Source: Octopus sinensis (lineage: Eukaryota). Taken from it: a DNA stretch of 52,752 bases. The translations under genes were made by a program, and so were the position numbers. The notes beneath the pieces are model-generated. The model was not told where the DNA came from, did no database searches, and saw nothing but the letters and a program-made list of their open reading frames with translations. Position 1 is the stretch's first letter, and every line of letters begins with the position of its first letter. The stretch is from contig NW_021833980.1 of assembly GCF_006345805.1 (NCBI RefSeq), positions 1 to 52,752 of the forward strand, in the 5' to 3' direction. Shown one piece after another: positions 48,241 to 52,752 of this stretch.

Positions 48241-49332
48241 ATGCAACTGTCAAAGCGCGATATTCGAGCAATTTTGCTATTCAACATCAAAAAAGGATGT
48301 AAAGCAGCTGAAACTTCTCACGATGTCAACGAAACGTTTGGTGAGGAAATGACCAGTGAGTGGTCAGTTTGAAAATGGCTTAAACGATTTAGCAGTGGAA
48401 ACCTGAAAATCTTGAGCGTAGTGGACGCCCGTCTGTCATCGATGACGGTCAACTGAAGATCGTCATTGAGAAAGACCCACGTAAAACCACTCGAGAACTA
48501 GCAAAAGAACTTCAAGTCAGCCAGAAAATGCCTGAAACCATTTGCATGCGATCGGAAAATCAGAAAAGCTCGACAAATGAATACCACACGATTTGAATGA
48601 AAATCAGAAAATGTGAACTTATGAAATGTGCTCGTCACTTCTTCGCCGAAACCAGACCGATCCAATTCTTGACCGTATTTGCGATGAAAAGTAGATTCTG
48701 TATAATAATAGAAAATGTTTTTCGCAGTGGATGGACCCAAATGAAGCACCGAAAAGCTTCCCTAAACCCGATCTCTTCAAAAAAGAGATTATGGTGATTG
48801 TTTAGTGATGTGCCGTTGGACTCATCCACTATAACTTATTAAAACCCAGAAAATCCATTACTGCAGAAACATATTACCAAGAAATTGCCAATGTGAACGA
48901 AAAACTGCTACTCCTCTGTCTCAGACTGGTCAACAGAAGAGGGCCAATCATTCTTCATGACAATACTCGACCACACGTTTCACTAATGACGCTCCAGAAG
49001 TTTAGGGAATCTGGCTACGAAGTTCTTCCTTACTCAGCCTACTCCCCAGACCTTTCTCCCAACGTCTATCACTTTTTCAAGTATCTTTATGGTTTCCTTC
49101 GAGAGAAGGAGTTCAAAAATCAAACCGATGCTGAAAGCGCGTTCAAAGAGTCCATCAGCTCCAGAACTCCAGATTTTTATGTTAACGGAATAAACAAACT
49201 TTGTAACTCATTGGCAAAAATGTGTTTATAGTAATGGTACAGACTTTGATGAATAAAATTTCCCCATTGCTGGAATACATTGTGATGAATTTCACGTTTC
49301 AAAACGTTGCTTACTTTTTACTCAGCCTGATA
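48241..49332 (+). mobile_element. Mariner (Mos1/SETMAR-like) transposon, defective; 3' TIR present, 5' TIR not found
   Basis: MQLSKRDIRAILL...KAAET, RSGRP, IPHDL, DEK.ILYNN, HDNTRPH, YSPDLSP..YHFF; multiple stops and frameshifts; ends in tactttttactcagcctgaTA. Confidence 0.9.
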
Positions 49333-49570
49333 TTTATTTCCATGTCAAACGGGAATGAGGGGCGGGGTGGAATGGCAGTGTTGTCCCAGAGACGCCTGGA
49401 TCTCAACACAAAGATTATCTTCCTGGACTCAGAAGGTAAGTTGGTGGTCCTGGACGTCGTGAACAGTAGTAACGGAGGTGTCCTCAGTCTGGTGGCTGTT
49501 TATGCCTCGACACGTTCAGGATAGCTGAACATCTTCAGACGTCTGGAGGTTTTCCTTGGAGTGTCTAGAC
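49333..49570 (+). mobile_element. L1/Tx1-type apurinic endonuclease (ORF2 N-terminus) fragment
   Basis: GGMAVL...DSEGKLVVLDV...LVAVYAST...IFRRLEVFL. Confidence 0.65.
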
Positions 49571-52500
49571 CAGGTGTCTGTAACCTGTGGCACGCGTGTC
49601 ATGTGTAGCACGCGGAACAATTCACAATGGCATGCACACCACTTGGCAAAAAATAAAAGTAAAATTTTATTTATAACTAACTCTGAGGAAGCGACATCAT
49701 AATAATTAAATTACATATCTTTTTTACGATCCATCTATTCTAGCCTAAACTATCTGAAGTTAGTTGTATTTGGTAGTATTACATTTCCTTAAAAATATAG
49801 TACTACTGAACACAATTTTGATACGAAATTATGAATGTTAGCACAATTAATTTGTTTGTAAGCTGGTGCTGAAAGCATTTCTATGGACTTTATTACTGAA
49901 GCCGGGAGCTAGAGGTGCGAACGCTTATTGTTTCGAACTCGGCTGTATATTTGGTTGACCACTTTACAGCAGCCAGTCTAAATAAAGACACTCTTTAAAA
50001 TCGGCTGCTACATTGCGGGTCGTCTATAAGTAGACGCTTTTAAAATTATTCTCACATTTTGGGAAGAAAAAGCGGTAACGAGTAGGGTTTTCAAAAGGAA
50101 TTAAACATGAAAAGTCAAAAATTATAGTTATTTTCTTAGGTTTCAATTTCTCCTTCGGAAGTTAAGTTGTCTGATCTTTTGGGTATATATTTTTTTGTTT
50201 ATACATATCATTTATTTTAATCTAATTATTTTATTATTACAAAAATTAATTCATTAAATTAATTTCATTCTTTTTTACTATTTATTTTATTCTAATTATT
50301 TTATTTAGTTATTTTTATTTGTAGAACCTAATTTAAGGGTTTATACACCTGACATATCAATTATCAATATATAGTGCAGCAAATTGCATAACAAAGGACC
50401 AAAATTTGACGTTCGTTCATTTCAAGATTTCTGGAGCACTGAGTATGGATTTGTACAACAAAATCATCGAGTTGTGTGTGCGTTCTGCTGTGAATTTGTC
50501 GTATGTCGTACATCAAGTGTTCAAATACACTATCAAACTAGACACCAGACTATGTCTAAAAACGCTGATGATAAAAGGCAAATCATAAAAAGGGCTATTT
50601 CTAGTTACAAATGAAGGACTTCTGTTTTTGTTCAAATGCTTGGAACCAACAATGAAGCCAAATAATGTAGTTAGACAATTGCTCAATGTATAGTTGAGAA
50701 AGGTAAACCTTTAACAGTCGGAGAATTTATCAAAAAAGATTTTCTGAGAAGTGCAAAACTTTTGTTCAGTGATCAAGCAAACGCTGAATAAATACTGTCT
50801 CGAATTCAAGAAATACCAACTTCTGCATGATCAGTTGAGAGACGTGTAACTGATATAGCTGAAAACATAATTATAACACAGAAAGTTAGATTACAAAAAG
50901 CTGCTGCATTCAGTGACCCCTATCGATGAAAGTACTCAAGTGAATGACATGGCGCACCTAGCAATTGTTGCAAGATGCTGGGACAATGATCGTATTTACG
51001 AAGAATCATGTTGTTTGATTATTCCTCTTACCAATACATCTACAGGACAGGACATTCTGACTGCATTTCTAAATTATTTCGAAAATCAAGCCATTAATAC
51101 AAATAAAATATTTTGTATTACTACTGGTGGTGCACGTGCAGTGGGTGGAAAGGAAAAAAAGATTTATTAAGCGTCTTGAAAATCACATTTCACGCAGTTT
51201 AATGTGTTTTAATTGCATTGTACATCAGGAAAATTTAGTTGCAAAACTTTCGTCACAAAGCTTGAGTTCTGTCGTGGAAACTGTTGTTAAAATAGTTAAC
51301 TTCATGGTTTCTTGCTCTTCACTGACTCACAGACAATTTAAGTCTCTTCTGCAGGAACTGGACAGCGAATATGCAGACTTCCCACTTCACAGTAAAGTCC
51401 TGCAGCGTAGACTCGGTTAAAATTTCTCTCTCCCATTTATTATATATACGTGCATTCGAACGTAGAAGGGAACAGCTATCCGGTTGCCGCTATTTGGATC
51501 CCGTTCTGTCCACTACTCTGATTAGTTGGTATTGGCGCAATTTGTCGCGCCAAACTACCGCGTATCACCAGTCGGAGTCAGCCTGTTCTCTACCCCGTTT
51601 TGGCCTACTTCTCCTTATAAAAACTCAGCCTTTTCTCCTGTCGTCTTTTGGTTCCAGACCTTTTAAGGTATAGGCACTGACCACAAAGACACAGCCAGTT
51701 CCAGAGACTTACCAACTTTGTCCAACAGCATTCCAACAACCTCCGAATTCGTCGCCACCACCATGTCCTTAACGTCTTCAACATCATCTCTCTACGTACA
51801 CAGCTCTGCAAGCGATGCATCCAGGTTCCAACACTTCACTGTTCGTGAATTACTTCATCATGGGTCAACAACAAATATACAACCAGTATGAACTCCTGTA
51901 CAAGTTACCCAGGCAGCAGCATCACAGCCACGACATCACGTTCAACATATACCTGTAATTGTCTCCTACATCTATGAACCCATACGCATACATTCTGTTC
52001 TCATGACGGCATGTCTATCGTTCAGTATACATGATGCACACACAGACACATCCGTTAACATATCAATAAATCTTCTTTTAATCATTCTACGCGGTTGTCT
52101 CCTTTATCCATCTGGCAAATAGATGGTACTATCAATTTTCTCTTTATTGTAAGGGCTGTGTGATGTGGTACTAAAGAGCCATTCTTGTCAACTCGCATCG
52201 CACGGTCCTTACAGTCCGTTGGCTTTGTCGGGGTAATGTTTTGAACAGATTTGTATCATGCTTAGAAGAATATTTCTTGAAAGGAAACAGTTGCCAGAAT
52301 TGAACAACGAAGACGGTTTATTTAAACTGATGCTTCTAACTGACAGTCACTTGAATGATTAAAATTTGCATTTACAAGAGAGAGGTCAAACAGTACTTGA
52401 TGTTTTTGAATATTGGAAAGGATTTTGTTAAAATCAGATTTTTTTTGCGTGATAAACTTAGCAATACATAAAAATACTTTCCAAATGTAAAAGCTTATTC

Positions 52501-52752
52501 AAATCGATTTAATATTTAATAAAAACGAACTTCAAAAATATATTGCAACGTTGAAAGAAGAATTTTCCAAGTGAGATAAATATTTCAAAACAAATTCTCC
52601 TATATTTTCATTTCTCATCAAACCCGACTTTGAGGGATTTGAAAACGAACCCAATTCATCTATCACTTTTGGGCTCAACAACAAATATACAGGATAGCTT
52701 TGAAGTGGAAATGATTGAATTAACCACTTCAGAATTATGGGGGGAAAATTTA
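49571..52752 (+). mobile_element. hAT (Charlie/SPIN/GTF2IRD2-like) DNA transposon, defective, runs off the window end
   Basis: GTCTAGAC target site (49563-49570), then CAGGTGTCTGTAACCTGTGGCACGCGTG terminus; BED-finger C..C...H...H, DESTQ..D, ITT.GA, CIVHQENL, HRQFK, VRWL.RG.VL.RF. Confidence 0.9.
51401..52213 (+). mobile_element. Solo LTR (813 bp, TG...CA, 4-bp TSD GTCC) inserted in the hAT transposase
   Basis: GTCC at 51397-51400 and 52214-52217; removal restores S-K-V-R-W-L-C-R-G; TATAAAA near 51617 and AATAAA near 52065. Confidence 0.8.

Overview
Eukaryotic, AT-rich, microsatellite- and TE-dense DNA; the SINE families and repeat landscape suggest an octopod cephalopod (inference). Nearly all ORFs in the supplied track are artefacts of simple repeats. 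The real content is one multi-exon minus-strand gene, reconstructed by hand from GT-AG splice sites: 20 coding exons over 950-45709, about 617 codons, continuing beyond what I can trace at the low end of the window. It encodes signal peptide - LRRNT - 13 single-exon 24-aa LRRs - LRRCT - Ly6/uPAR (three-finger)-type Cys domain - SEA-like domain. Twelve LRR exons form a young tandem array (about 19.6-42.2 kb) of two cassette types (A: [24 protein letters not shown]; B: xLxxNNIxTIKEGxFTGLxxLxxL). Each is a 72-nt phase 2-2 exon (one copy has 73 nt), and they are separated by kilobase (GAA/GGA)n tracts. Flanking introns and framework codons are nearly identical between copies, while the concave-face beta-strand residues are hypervariable. 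This is a VLR-like diversification signature in an invertebrate receptor. Five exons carry 1-2 nt indels (assembly error or recent pseudogenisation). The introns and 5' flank also hold RTE, R4/Dong, CR1, Penelope, L1/Tx1, mariner and hAT remnants, a solo LTR, tRNA-derived SINEs, and two minimal hammerhead ribozyme motifs tied to inverted repeats.
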